Assembly: GCA_963792965.1 (NCBI GenBank)
Contig: CAWBYW010000004.1
Location: forward strand, 64,001-128,000
DNA: 64,000 nucleotides
Direction: 5' to 3'
Source of the DNA: an uncultured delta proteobacterium
Lineage (GTDB): Bacteria > Desulfobacterota > Zymogenia > Zymogenales > Zymogenaceae
Below, in pieces: positions 9,135 through 18,244 of this stretch. The notes beneath the pieces were generated by a model. It saw only the letters and a program-made list of their open reading frames with translations. It made no database searches and was not told where the DNA came from. The stretch's first letter is position 1. Each line of letters opens with the position of its first letter. The translations under genes were made by a program, and so were the position numbers.

Positions 9135-10451
9135 ATGAAAAAGAAAATTATCATACTCGGTGCGGCGGGAAGGGATTTCCATAACTTCAACGTCCGGTTC
9201 CGCGACAACGAATCGTATGAGGTCGTGGCGTTTACCGCAACGCAGATCCCCAATATCGAAGGACGGGTCTACCCGACGGAGCTGGCGGGAAAGCTCTATC
9301 CCAGGGGAATCCCCATCCGTCCCGAGGACGAGATGGAGCGGCTGATCGAGAAGTCAGAGATTGACGCCGCGATCTTCTCCTACAGCGACGTCCCGCACAC
9401 CTACGTGATGCACATCGCCTCGCGGGTGATTGCCGCCGGCGCCGATTTCACACTCCTGTCGGCAAAGAGCACCATGCTCAAGTCGACGAAACCGGTCATC
9501 TCGGTGACCGCCGTACGCACAGGGAGCGGCAAGAGCCAGACCACGCGAAAAGTGTGCGAGACGCTCAGGGAGATGGGAAAGCGGGTCGTGGCGGTCCGGC
9601 ACCCGATGCCCTACGGCGACCTGAAGAAGCAGATCGTCCAGCGATTTGCCGAATACAAGGACTTTGACATCCACGACATCACCATAGAGGAGCGCGAGGA
9701 GTACGAGCCGCTTGTCGAGATGGGGATCGTCGTATATGCGGGCGTCGACTATGAGAAGATACTCAGGGCGGCGGAAAAGGAGGCCGACGTGGTGGTATGG
9801 GACGGCGGCAACAACGACACGTCGTTTTTCGCATCGGACCTCTCGGTGGTGGTATTTGACCCGCACCGCGCGGGTCACGAGCTTACCTATCACCCGGGAG
9901 AGGTGAACCTGCGGCTGGCGGATGTGGCGGTGATCAATAAGGTGGACACGGCGGAAAAACAGAACATCGAGATCGTCAGGGCCAACATAGAAAGAATCAA
10001 CCCGAAGGCGCGGATCGTGTCGGCGAATTCGCCCGTGAGCATCGCCGACCCGAATGCGGTAAAGGGAAAGCGCGTGCTTGTCGTGGAAGACGGCCCGACG
10101 CTCACCCACGGCGAGATGAAATTCGGGGCGGGGGTCATCGCGGCCCGGAAATTCGGAGCATCAGAGCTCATGGATCCGAAGCCGCATGCGGTCGGCTCCA
10201 TCAAACAGGCCTTCGTAAAGTATCCCCACATCGAGAACCTCCTTCCCGCCATCGGATACGGAGAACAACAGATGAAGGATCTGGCCGCGACCATCAACGC
10301 CACCGACTGCGACGTCGTCATGCTGGCTACGCCCATAGACCTCACCAAGGTCATCACCATCAAGAGGCCGACGGTGCGCGTGCGCTACGGCTACGGGGAC
10401 GCGGGCTCGCCGACGCTCGGGCAAATCGTGAAAGAGCGATTCGGGAAGTAG
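9135..10451 (+). CDS. arcE: Arginine synthetase ArcE-like P-loop enzyme (cyclic 2,3-diphosphoglycerate synthase-like family)
   Basis: GAAGRDFHNFN, AFTATQIP, AVRTGSGKSQT, RHPMPYG, TIEEREEYE, WDGGNND, VEDGPTLTHG; adjacent to carbamate kinase and ornithine genes. Confidence 0.75.
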   Translation: MKKKIIILGAAGRDFHNFNVRFRDNESYEVVAFTATQIPNIEGRVYPTELAGKLYPRGIPIRPEDEMERLIEKSEIDAAIFSYSDVPHTYVMHIASRVIAAGADFTLLSAKSTMLKSTKPVISVTAVRTGSGKSQTTRKVCETLREMGKRVVAVRHPMPYGDLKKQIVQRFAEYKDFDIHDITIEEREEYEPLVEMGIVVYAGVDYEKILRAAEKEADVVVWDGGNNDTSFFASDLSVVVFDPHRAGHELTYHPGEVNLRLADVAVINKVDTAEKQNIEIVRANIERINPKARIVSANSPVSIADPNAVKGKRVLVVEDGPTLTHGEMKFGAGVIAARKFGASELMDPKPHAVGSIKQAFVKYPHIENLLPAIGYGEQQMKDLAATINATDCDVVMLATPIDLTKVITIKRPTVRVRYGYGDAGSPTLGQIVKERFGK

Positions 10452-10587
10452 GGATTGTCACAGACGAGGGCGCGTGTGTGCGGCCGGGGGCGGCGAGAAC
10501 GTAGACCATAGGGACCGGGGGCGGTGGATTCACTCCCCCGGCAGGTTTTTCCCCGAGCTCTCATTGGATATGCAGGGGGAGGACGGT

Positions 10588-11550
10588 ATGAGCAGGAAAA
10601 AACGTGCCGGGACGGCGGTGGTGGCGCTGGGCGGAAACGCCATCGTCAAGGAGAAGGAAGCGGGGACCATCGCCCAGCAGTTCCGGAACACCCGGACGTC
10701 GCTGGTAGGGGTAATGGGCCTCGTTAGGGAGGGCTGGGAGCTGCTCATCACGCACGGCAACGGCCCCCAGGTGGGAAACCGCCTGATCCTCAACGAGCTT
10801 GCCCACGAGATGGTGCCGGACCTGCCGCTCGGGGTGCTCTGCGGCGACACCGAGGGGGCGATGGGCTACATGATCCAGCAGTCGATGTTCAATAAGCTCA
10901 TTTTCCACTCGATACAGAAACCGGTCGTGACGGTCATCACCCAGACGGTCGTCGATTCCGAGGACCTGTCGATGAGACACCCCACAAAGCCGGTCGGCCC
11001 GTTCTTTTTGCGCGAGGAGGCCGAGCGCCTTACGCAGGAAAAGGGGCTGCTTTTCATGGAAGACGCAGGGAGGGGCTTCAGACAGGTGGTGCCGTCGCCC
11101 TATCCGCTTAAGATCGTCGAGATCGACGTGATCCGGCGGCTCCTGGCATCCGGGGTCATCGTGGTGGCCATCGGCGGCGGGGGGATCCCCGTGGTTCTCC
11201 AGCCCGATCGGACGCTCGAGGGGATAGACTGCATCATCGACAAGGACCTCGCCTCGAGCCTTGCCGCGCGCGAGCTCGGGGCGTCCCTCTTTGTCATGGT
11301 AACCGGCGTAGACCGAGTGGCGCTCAACTACCGAAAACCAAACCAGGTGGACCTTGACAGGATGTCGGTGGACGAGGCCCGGCGCTATCAGGACGAAGGC
11401 CACTTCTTCGCGGGGAGCATGGGGCCCAAGATCAGGGCGGCCCTCGAATACTTAGAGGCGATACCGAAGGGCCGGGTCCTCATCACGTCCCCCGAGCGGC
11501 TCAAAGACGCCGTGGCGGGCGATGGGGGGACGACGATCTACCGGGAGTGA
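10588..11550 (+). CDS. arcC: Carbamate kinase
   Basis: VALGGNA, THGNGPQVG, PTKPVGPF, GGGGIPV, IDKD, GSMGPK. Confidence 0.96.
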   Translation: MSRKKRAGTAVVALGGNAIVKEKEAGTIAQQFRNTRTSLVGVMGLVREGWELLITHGNGPQVGNRLILNELAHEMVPDLPLGVLCGDTEGAMGYMIQQSMFNKLIFHSIQKPVVTVITQTVVDSEDLSMRHPTKPVGPFFLREEAERLTQEKGLLFMEDAGRGFRQVVPSPYPLKIVEIDVIRRLLASGVIVVAIGGGGIPVVLQPDRTLEGIDCIIDKDLASSLAARELGASLFVMVTGVDRVALNYRKPNQVDLDRMSVDEARRYQDEGHFFAGSMGPKIRAALEYLEAIPKGRVLITSPERLKDAVAGDGGTTIYRE

Positions 11551-11778
11551 CTCTCGCCGCTTTCTTTTCTTAGTTTCTTCTTCTTGCACGAAAGGGCGCC
11601 GCGGCTCACGGATCGGACGGCAACAGCGCCTCTCCGATCAAAGACCTGGCTCGCGCCACCACCGTGTCCGTCGCGCCGGATAACGAATAACGTCTCTCCC
11701 GAAGGGACAAACAGGTCAACGCCCTGTTCCCATCCCTCCAAGCTTTCCGCCCAAAGACAGGGATTTCTCATTAGGCCG

Positions 11779-11807
11779 TTGCATTCTGTTTCGCTTTGAT
11801 ATACTAT
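11779..11807 (+). promoter_or_regulatory. Putative sigma70 promoter of the abfD-like operon
   Basis: TTGCAT-N17-TACTAT. Confidence 0.4.
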
Positions 11808-11959
11808 TTAGCCCATCTCCAACGCCCTCCTCGTGCAGAGAATAATGACTTCACGCAACCGGCGCCTCTCACGGGGGGAGACTTCCCGCAAAATTGCCGA
11901 AGAGGTGAACCTTTTTTATCTCTCCCACCGACAAGCTTCCATAAGGAGGAAAGACGAAG

Positions 11960-13453
11960 ATGGCCATCAAGACGAAAGAGCAGTACATCCAGAGCATCAG
12001 GTCGCTCGCACGCAACGCCTTTATCCTCGGCAGCCGCGTGGATAATATCGTCGATCACCCCATGAACCGAGCGGCCGTCAATTCGATAGCCGAGAGCTTC
12101 GATATGGCCGCGGATCCGAAGACGAGGCCCGTTGCGGGGGCGGTCTCTACCCTCACCAATGAGCCGATAAATCGCTACAATGCGCTCAATTTCTCCGTTG
12201 ACGACCTGGTCAAGCGCGGCGAGATGGAGCGAATGATCGGCTACCGGACGGCCCAGGGATGTCCCCGGGCGACCGGGCTTGACGCCATCAACGCCGTCTA
12301 CAGCGTCGCGTACGATGCGGACCAGAAACATCGGACGGACTACCTTGGGCGTTTCAAGAAATGGCTCACCGCCGTCCATGACAACGACCTTGCCGTCAGC
12401 GGGGCGATGACCGATGTCAAGGGTGACCGATCAAAGCGCCCCGCCGCCCAGGACGATCCGGACATGTACCTGCACGTCATTAAGAGGACCAAGGACGGGG
12501 TCGTCGTGCGCGGGGCCAAGGCTCACCAGACCGGCGCCGTCAACTGCCACGAGCACCTGGTCATGCCGACGCGGGGCATGAGAGAGGACGAAAAAGACTA
12601 TGCGATCGCCTTCGCGGTCCCCGTCGACGCGTCCGGACTCTACCATATCTACGGCCGCCAGCCGTCCGACACCAGGAAGCTCGAGGAGGGCGCCTCCATG
12701 GACCTGGGGATGGGGAGGTTCGGTGGGTGCGAAACCCTCATGGTATTCGATGACGTCTTTATCCCGACGGAACGAATCTTCCTCTCGGGCGAGGTAGAGT
12801 TCACGTGGCCGCTCGTCAACAGGTTCGCAATCGGGCACCGCTCTTCCTACGGAGTCGCGGGGGCGGGCGTGGGTGACGTGGCAATCGGCGCAGCGGTGGC
12901 CATCGCCCAGGCAAACGGCGTCATCCACGACAAAATCATCTGGGACAAGATCGCGGACCTGATTATCATGAGCGAGACGCTCTACGGCCTGGGCCTTTCG
13001 TCCATGCTCAAGGGGAGGCCGACCCCCTCGGGGATCTATTTCGCGGACTATGTCCTGGGCGGCGTGGCCAAGTACCAGGCGACGATCATCCCCTTCCAGA
13101 TGTGCCGGATCGCACAGGATATCTGTGGAGGGCTGGTGGCAACGATGCCAAGCGAGTCGGACTTGAAGAACGAAGAGGTCGGCCCCTTCATCGAAAAATA
13201 CCTGAGGGGAGTCTCCGCCATCCCCACCGAGCACAGGATGAGGCTGGTCAGGCTGATCGAATGTATGAGCCTGGGGACCTTCTCCGCCGATCTCCTCACG
13301 ATGGGGCTCCACGGCGCCGGATCGCCTTATCCCCAGAAGATGATGGTCCTTGCGGACTACAAGGACAAGATCCCCAAGCTGGTGGCGCTTGCGATGTATC
13401 ACGCGGGGATCACCGATGAGTTTACGTATTCCGAAACCGAGGGAGGAAAATAG
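11960..13453 (+). CDS. 4-hydroxybutyryl-CoA dehydratase (AbfD)/HpaB-family flavoprotein, divergent
   Basis: GAMTDVKGDRS, VRGAKAHQTG, YGRQPSDTRK, HGAGSP; collinear with AbfD but the Fe-S cysteines are altered. Confidence 0.85.
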   Translation: MAIKTKEQYIQSIRSLARNAFILGSRVDNIVDHPMNRAAVNSIAESFDMAADPKTRPVAGAVSTLTNEPINRYNALNFSVDDLVKRGEMERMIGYRTAQGCPRATGLDAINAVYSVAYDADQKHRTDYLGRFKKWLTAVHDNDLAVSGAMTDVKGDRSKRPAAQDDPDMYLHVIKRTKDGVVVRGAKAHQTGAVNCHEHLVMPTRGMREDEKDYAIAFAVPVDASGLYHIYGRQPSDTRKLEEGASMDLGMGRFGGCETLMVFDDVFIPTERIFLSGEVEFTWPLVNRFAIGHRSSYGVAGAGVGDVAIGAAVAIAQANGVIHDKIIWDKIADLIIMSETLYGLGLSSMLKGRPTPSGIYFADYVLGGVAKYQATIIPFQMCRIAQDICGGLVATMPSESDLKNEEVGPFIEKYLRGVSAIPTEHRMRLVRLIECMSLGTFSADLLTMGLHGAGSPYPQKMMVLADYKDKIPKLVALAMYHAGITDEFTYSETEGGK

Positions 13454-15244
13454 TGAAGGAAAACCTCGCCGCTCTCTTTTTCGATCAAGTCACAAAGAAG
13501 AGAGACAAGACGGCCCTCATGAGAAAAGAGGGGGGGCGCTTTGTCGGGATTTCGTGGAGCGACTACGGCCGTGCCGTCAGAAGAGCCGCCGGCGCGCTCA
13601 AACGAATGGGCGTTCAGAGGGGCGATCGGGTGGCGATCTTCAGCTACAACTCCGCCGAATGGGCCACGATGGACCTCGCCGCCCTTTCGTGCGGCGCTAT
13701 CGTCGTGCCCATATACTTCAAGAGCAGCCCGTCTCAGGTCGCCTATATCCTGAAGGATTCGGGGGCAAAGGTGATCTACGTCGGGGACGCCGCCCAGCTG
13801 GGCGCCGTGCTGCCTCAGGCAAAGGGGCTGCCGGTGCTGTCGGCGGTCATCGCTCCCGACGGGATCGTCGATGGACAGAAGGCGGGGAAGGTGAGGGTCG
13901 TTCCGTTCTCGGAAACCCAGACCGAAGAAGATGAGCGGGTCTTCGAAAAAGACCTGGCGCCGCATCTAAACGATATCGAGGCCGGGGATGTCGCCACGAT
14001 CGTCTATACCTCCGGGACAACGGGCGAGCCCAAGGGCGTGATGCTGACCCATAAGAACCTGATCGCCAACGTCCGCGCGGACATGGCCGTGGTAGAGCTC
14101 ACCGACGCCGATCTGGGCCTCTCGTTCCTCCCGACGAGCCACGTCCTGGACCGGGTGGTCGTCCACTACATGAGCGTCATCGCGGGGGGGACGATCGCGT
14201 ACGCCCAGAGCCTGGAGACGGTGCTGGCCGATGTCGCCGGCACGCATCCGACGGCGATGTGCGGGGTGCCGCGCATGTTCGAGAAGATCTATAACGCCAT
14301 TACCGACCGCGCCGAGGCGGGTCCCCCGACGGCCCGGCGTTTGTTTTTCTGGGCAGAAGACGTGGGGAGAGAGTTCGTATTGATGAGAAAGGAGAAGAAA
14401 GAGACCCGGGTTGGTGTTGAGGCTCAAATATCTGATCGCCGATCTTCTCGTCTTCTCGAAGGTCAGGAAGTTTTTCGGCGGCAGGATGCGGCTCTTCGCC
14501 TCGGGCGGCGCCCACCTCAGGGAAGACATCGACCTCTTCTTCCGCGCGGTCAAAATCCCCATCATGCACGGTTACGGGCTGACGGAGGCGACCTGCACCG
14601 TCACGCTCAACACGAAGGAGGATTTCATGCCCGAGACCCTCGGCAGGCCCCTGCCGGGCGTGGAGGTGAAGATCGCCCCGGACGGCGAGATCCTCCTCCG
14701 GGGAGACATCGTAATGAAGGGCTACTTCAACAGGCCCGAGGAGACCCGGGAGGCCCTCAGGGAGGGCTGGCTCCATACCGGGGACGTCGGACACCTCACC
14801 GGGGACGGGTATCTGGTCATGACCGACCGCAAGAAGGACATCCTCTCGACCTCGGGCGGGAAAAATATCTCCCCGCAGAAGATCGAGACGCTGCTGCTGC
14901 TGTCGCGGTTTATCGAGCAGGCGGTCATCATCGCGGACGGGAGGAGGTTCGTATCGGCGCTCATCGTCCCGAATTTCGCCGAGCTGTCGGTCTTCTGCAC
15001 AGGACGCGGCCTGAAAGTTGCCGGAAAGCGGGAGACCTGCCGGATGGGCGAGATCGAGACGCTCTTCGGCGAGATCATCGACGAAGTCAACAAGGACCTG
15101 GAGGGGTACGAGAGGATCAGGAAATTCGCCCTTTTGCCCGACGAGTTCACCGTCGATTCCGGCGACCTCACCTCCACGCTCAAGGTGAAACGGCGCGTCA
15201 TCAACGAGAAATACAGGGATATCATCGAGGGACTCTATCGGTAG
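13453..15244 (+). CDS. Long-chain acyl-CoA synthetase (AMP-binding; frameshift near 14410)
   Basis: YTSGTTGEPKGV, GYGLTE, WLHTGD, DRKKD, LTSTLKVKR across two ORFs. Confidence 0.92.
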
Positions 15245-15406
15245 TAGAGAGAGGGGGGAGGGGGCGTGTCTGTCCCCCGTATCCGGGGGAACGGCAAAGG
15301 GCCGCCGTCACCACGTCCGGCTCAACCGACCCTTCTCTTGAGTCAGGGGTTGGGGATAATAGTAAAAAGAGAGAAAAGGGGGTCACGTATCCGTTTATCT
15401 CTTATT

Positions 15407-15490
15407 GCCGTTACTCTCGATCAGCGATCTTACCGTGGCAATACCATTTCGCGCGGCACTTGCGCCGTTGCCGGATCTACCTGCCGCCCT
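15407..15490 (+). repeat. Left copy of an ~85-bp degenerate direct repeat flanking the fucosidase
   Basis: Aligns with 17090-17172 (cttaccgtggcaata...gccgttgccggatctacct vs cttacggtgacaata...gccgttaccgaatcgacct); both copies are preceded by GGGGTCACGT. Confidence 0.7.
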
Positions 15491-16964
15491 CGTCTTTCGG
15501 ACAGTAACGCGGTCCCGGAGAAAATCGAAGCGCATACGCGTGGGCGCTCCCGCCTATCTTCGGCAATGATACGGTGACTCTATCACCCCGCTCCCCCTTC
15601 CAGGGAAGATCCTCGTGCCCGCCCAAGAGCGAGATCCGTGTTCCCGGATCAGCCTGAACCGAATTAATGGTAACGTCTTTTGCCGGTGTCTGGTCAAAGA
15701 CTATGGCAAAGACGTCATCCCCCTTTCTTGTGAATCGTACGAGCGAGCCCGCCACGGTAGTGCTTCGATCCGTATGCCAGGGTGACGTTCCGTATATCGC
15801 TTCGCCGTTTACGGATAGCCACTCCCCCACACCCAGAAGACGCTCCCTTTGCGGCCCGGGTATGGAGCCATCTGGTAGGGGACCGACATTCAACAGCAGG
15901 TTCCCGTTCTTGCTGACGACTTCAACGAGCAGCTCGACCAAAGAAGAGACCGACAGATAGTCCCGCTCGTCCTCCATTTGATTGTACCCGAACGAATTGC
16001 CCATGCCCCGGTTCGATTCCCATTTTTCATCGAGGATCGTATCGAGCATAACGTATTCCCTGGTAATAAAATCATGATGAAACCCCGGCGGGTCTTCGGT
16101 CCTTCCCTTTTTGATCTGATTGAGCGCATACAGGTTGGCCAGATGTCGCGCCGGTGTATAGCGAATTATCCACTGCAACGGCTTTGAATACTGCACCCAG
16201 CGGTCATTGACGACACCATCAGGCACCGCATCGTAGTAATAGGTAAAAAGCGTCCGAAGATGCCGCCCCGGTGGATATGCGATGTCACCCCACAATACAT
16301 CAGGTCGGTAACGGTCGATCAGTTCCTTCCAGTGCGAAAATTGATAACGGATATACTTTCTGCTGATCGGGCCTCCTTCGGTATAGAGCCCGGCAATATC
16401 GGTCATCGGCTTTGTGGTGAATGACTGATCGAGGGCGCTTGAATAGTAAAGCCCCATGCGCATCCCCCGCTTCCTGACGGAGTCGGTCAGCTCGCCCACG
16501 TGGTCTCTTTGGGCGTGATAGGCCGGTATGCGGTAGTTGGGGGTTTTGCTTGGCCACATGAGAAATCCATCCATGTGTTTCGTCACGAATACCGCATACC
16601 TGGCGCCGGCGCGATGAAACAGCTCGGCCCAGTCATCAGGGTTCCAGGAACGGCTCTCCTTGATAAAACGAGGTGCAAAATCGAAGTAGGAAAAGCCCTT
16701 TCCATACGTCGCTTCATGGTGACGCTGCACCGGACTCCCCGGTATCCTCATGGAATTGATGTACCACTCGGCATAGGGTATATGCGTGAAAAACGCTCTT
16801 TGTCCCTCGTTTACGAGGATTTCATTCATGTTGCCTTTGCCGGTCGGCGCGTACGCCGGGATAGAATAGAGCCCCCAGTGAATGAAGATGCCGAATTTTG
16901 CGTCATTGTACCATGTGGGGGCCGTATGGGCCTTCACACGATCACTATCCGGTATCTGCTTCAT
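15477..16964 (-). CDS. Alpha-L-fucosidase (GH29)
   Basis: WYNDAKFGIFIHWGLYS, YAEWY, TKHMDGF, LWGD, SFGYN, VSKNGNLLLNVGP; GGAGG RBS. Confidence 0.93.
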   Translation of the reverse strand: MKQIPDSDRVKAHTAPTWYNDAKFGIFIHWGLYSIPAYAPTGKGNMNEILVNEGQRAFFTHIPYAEWYINSMRIPGSPVQRHHEATYGKGFSYFDFAPRFIKESRSWNPDDWAELFHRAGARYAVFVTKHMDGFLMWPSKTPNYRIPAYHAQRDHVGELTDSVRKRGMRMGLYYSSALDQSFTTKPMTDIAGLYTEGGPISRKYIRYQFSHWKELIDRYRPDVLWGDIAYPPGRHLRTLFTYYYDAVPDGVVNDRWVQYSKPLQWIIRYTPARHLANLYALNQIKKGRTEDPPGFHHDFITREYVMLDTILDEKWESNRGMGNSFGYNQMEDERDYLSVSSLVELLVEVVSKNGNLLLNVGPLPDGSIPGPQRERLLGVGEWLSVNGEAIYGTSPWHTDRSTTVAGSLVRFTRKGDDVFAIVFDQTPAKDVTINSVQADPGTRISLLGGHEDLPWKGERGDRVTVSLPKIGGSAHAYALRFSPGPRYCPKDEGGR

Positions 16965-16987
16965 GGCTAACCTCCACCGTGGACTAT

Positions 16988-17038
16988 AGGTCAAGAGGGA
17001 TCATAGATCAAGAGGGGTCACAGGTCAAGAGGGGTCAC
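16988..17038 (+). repeat. Three tandem copies of a 17-bp unit
   Basis: AGGTCAAGAGGGATCAT / AGATCAAGAGGGGTCAC / AGGTCAAGAGGGGTCAC. Confidence 0.85.
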
Positions 17039-17089
17039 GTTTTTTCTTGTCACTTCGGCGGCAGGAATATACATTCCTTTACCCCATGA

Positions 17090-17172
17090 GCCTTTACCCT
17101 CGTTGGGCAACCTTACGGTGACAATATCGTTTTCGAGCGGCGCACGTGCCGTTACCGAATCGACCTCGCGCT
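17090..17172 (+). repeat. Right copy of the ~85-bp degenerate direct repeat
   Basis: Aligns with 15407-15490. Confidence 0.7.
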
Positions 17173-17214
17173 CCTTTATATCGCTCTCTCCCCCCATTAA
17201 CCTTCATTTTCTTC

Positions 17215-17261
17215 TTGACAAGGCGTCCGTCGGGAGGTATCTTATTAGTTAGTTAAACTAA
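17215..17261 (+). promoter_or_regulatory. marR promoter and palindromic operator
   Basis: TTGACA-N17-TATCTT followed by the palindrome TTAGTT-A-AACTAA at 17249-17261. Confidence 0.75.
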
Positions 17262-17276
17262 ATATATGGGCGCAGC

Positions 17277-17708
17277 ATGGAGTTCATCCATCTCCTCATA
17301 CGCATAAACGAGATCTTCCACGGCTACATAACCCGGTACAAGGAAGAGTTCATCGGAAAGAGCGACTATTCCGACGTGACGGTAAACCAGCTGATCTATC
17401 TTGAGGCGATCTTCCAGCTCGGGGATCCCACGGTGAGCCGGCTTGCCGACCATCTCAGGATATCGAAGGCCTCGGCAAGCATCGGCGTGGGAAAGCTCAT
17501 CAGGAGCGGGCTCGTGGAAAAGACTCAGTCGGCAGACGACTCCCGTGTTCACCACGTGAGTCTGTCGGGGGAGGGGAGAAAGCTCATCCAGGCCGAGGTC
17601 AAGGCGCTGGCGGCCTTCGCCGACCGGATACAGGGGTCGCTTTCCGACGACGAGATCAAACAGCTCGTCCACATATTCCAGAAGGTCGTCTCGGACAAGA
17701 GAGACTGA
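17277..17708 (+). CDS. MarR-family transcriptional regulator
   Basis: TVSRLADHLRISKASAS...LVEK...DSRVHHVSLS wHTH, 143 aa. Confidence 0.92.
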   Translation: MEFIHLLIRINEIFHGYITRYKEEFIGKSDYSDVTVNQLIYLEAIFQLGDPTVSRLADHLRISKASASIGVGKLIRSGLVEKTQSADDSRVHHVSLSGEGRKLIQAEVKALAAFADRIQGSLSDDEIKQLVHIFQKVVSDKRD

Positions 17709-17725
17709 TTTTTTTTAAGCTATAA

Positions 17726-17740
17726 GTTAGTTAGACTAAC
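17726..17740 (+). promoter_or_regulatory. Second MarR-type operator
   Basis: GTTAGT-TAG-ACTAAC, matching the site at 17248-17262, just before the RBS of the next gene. Confidence 0.7.
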
Positions 17741-17756
17741 AAAACAGGAGGCTATC

Positions 17757-18186
17757 ATGGACAGGAGAATTCTCTGGCTGCGCATCAGCTACTGGTGGGG
17801 GGCGATCCTCGACGGGCTCTGGGTCATCCCGATGTATTTTCCGCGACTGGGACTGGCGATCTACGGCATCACAGGCCTTACCATCGACGGCGGGCCTCAG
17901 GTTCGCGCTGGCCATCGGCGCGGCCTTGATGCTCGGCTGGACCTTTCTGCTTCTCTGGGCGGACAGAAAACCGGTGGAGCGGCGGGGGGTAATCCTGCTG
18001 ACGGTTTTCCCCGTCTGCGTGGGGCTGGATCTTGCCAATATCTATCTGTTCGTCTACGGCTACGTCACCGTGAGGAGCATGATCCCGTCCTTTATCCTGT
18101 CGTTTCTGACGCTCGCTCTCTTTATCTTCAGCTACGTGAATTCGAGGGGGCTTGGTAAAGCCGGCCCATTGACGGGCAGGCAATAG
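17757..18186 (+). CDS. Small membrane protein, about 4 TM (frameshift near 17900)
   Basis: LWLRISYWWGAILD joined to LMLGWTFLLLWADRKPVERRG; AGGAGG RBS. Confidence 0.7.
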
Positions 18187-18244
18187 GGCAGGGGATGGGT
18201 CCGATGTCACCCCACAAGATGGAACCATGTGTGGGGTGACGCTC

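Noticed and set aside
9135-10451. Annotation as a true cyclic 2,3-diphosphoglycerate synthase
   Set aside because: No 2-phosphoglycerate kinase is nearby, and the carbamate kinase/ornithine context favours ArcE
11820-11950. Glycine riboswitch-like words (CTCTCACGG, GGAGAC, GCCGAAG) in the abfD-like leader
   Set aside because: The order and pairing do not reproduce the aptamer; an Rfam scan would be needed
16988-17038. CRISPR array
   Set aside because: The 17-bp units are contiguous with no spacers, and there are no cas genes
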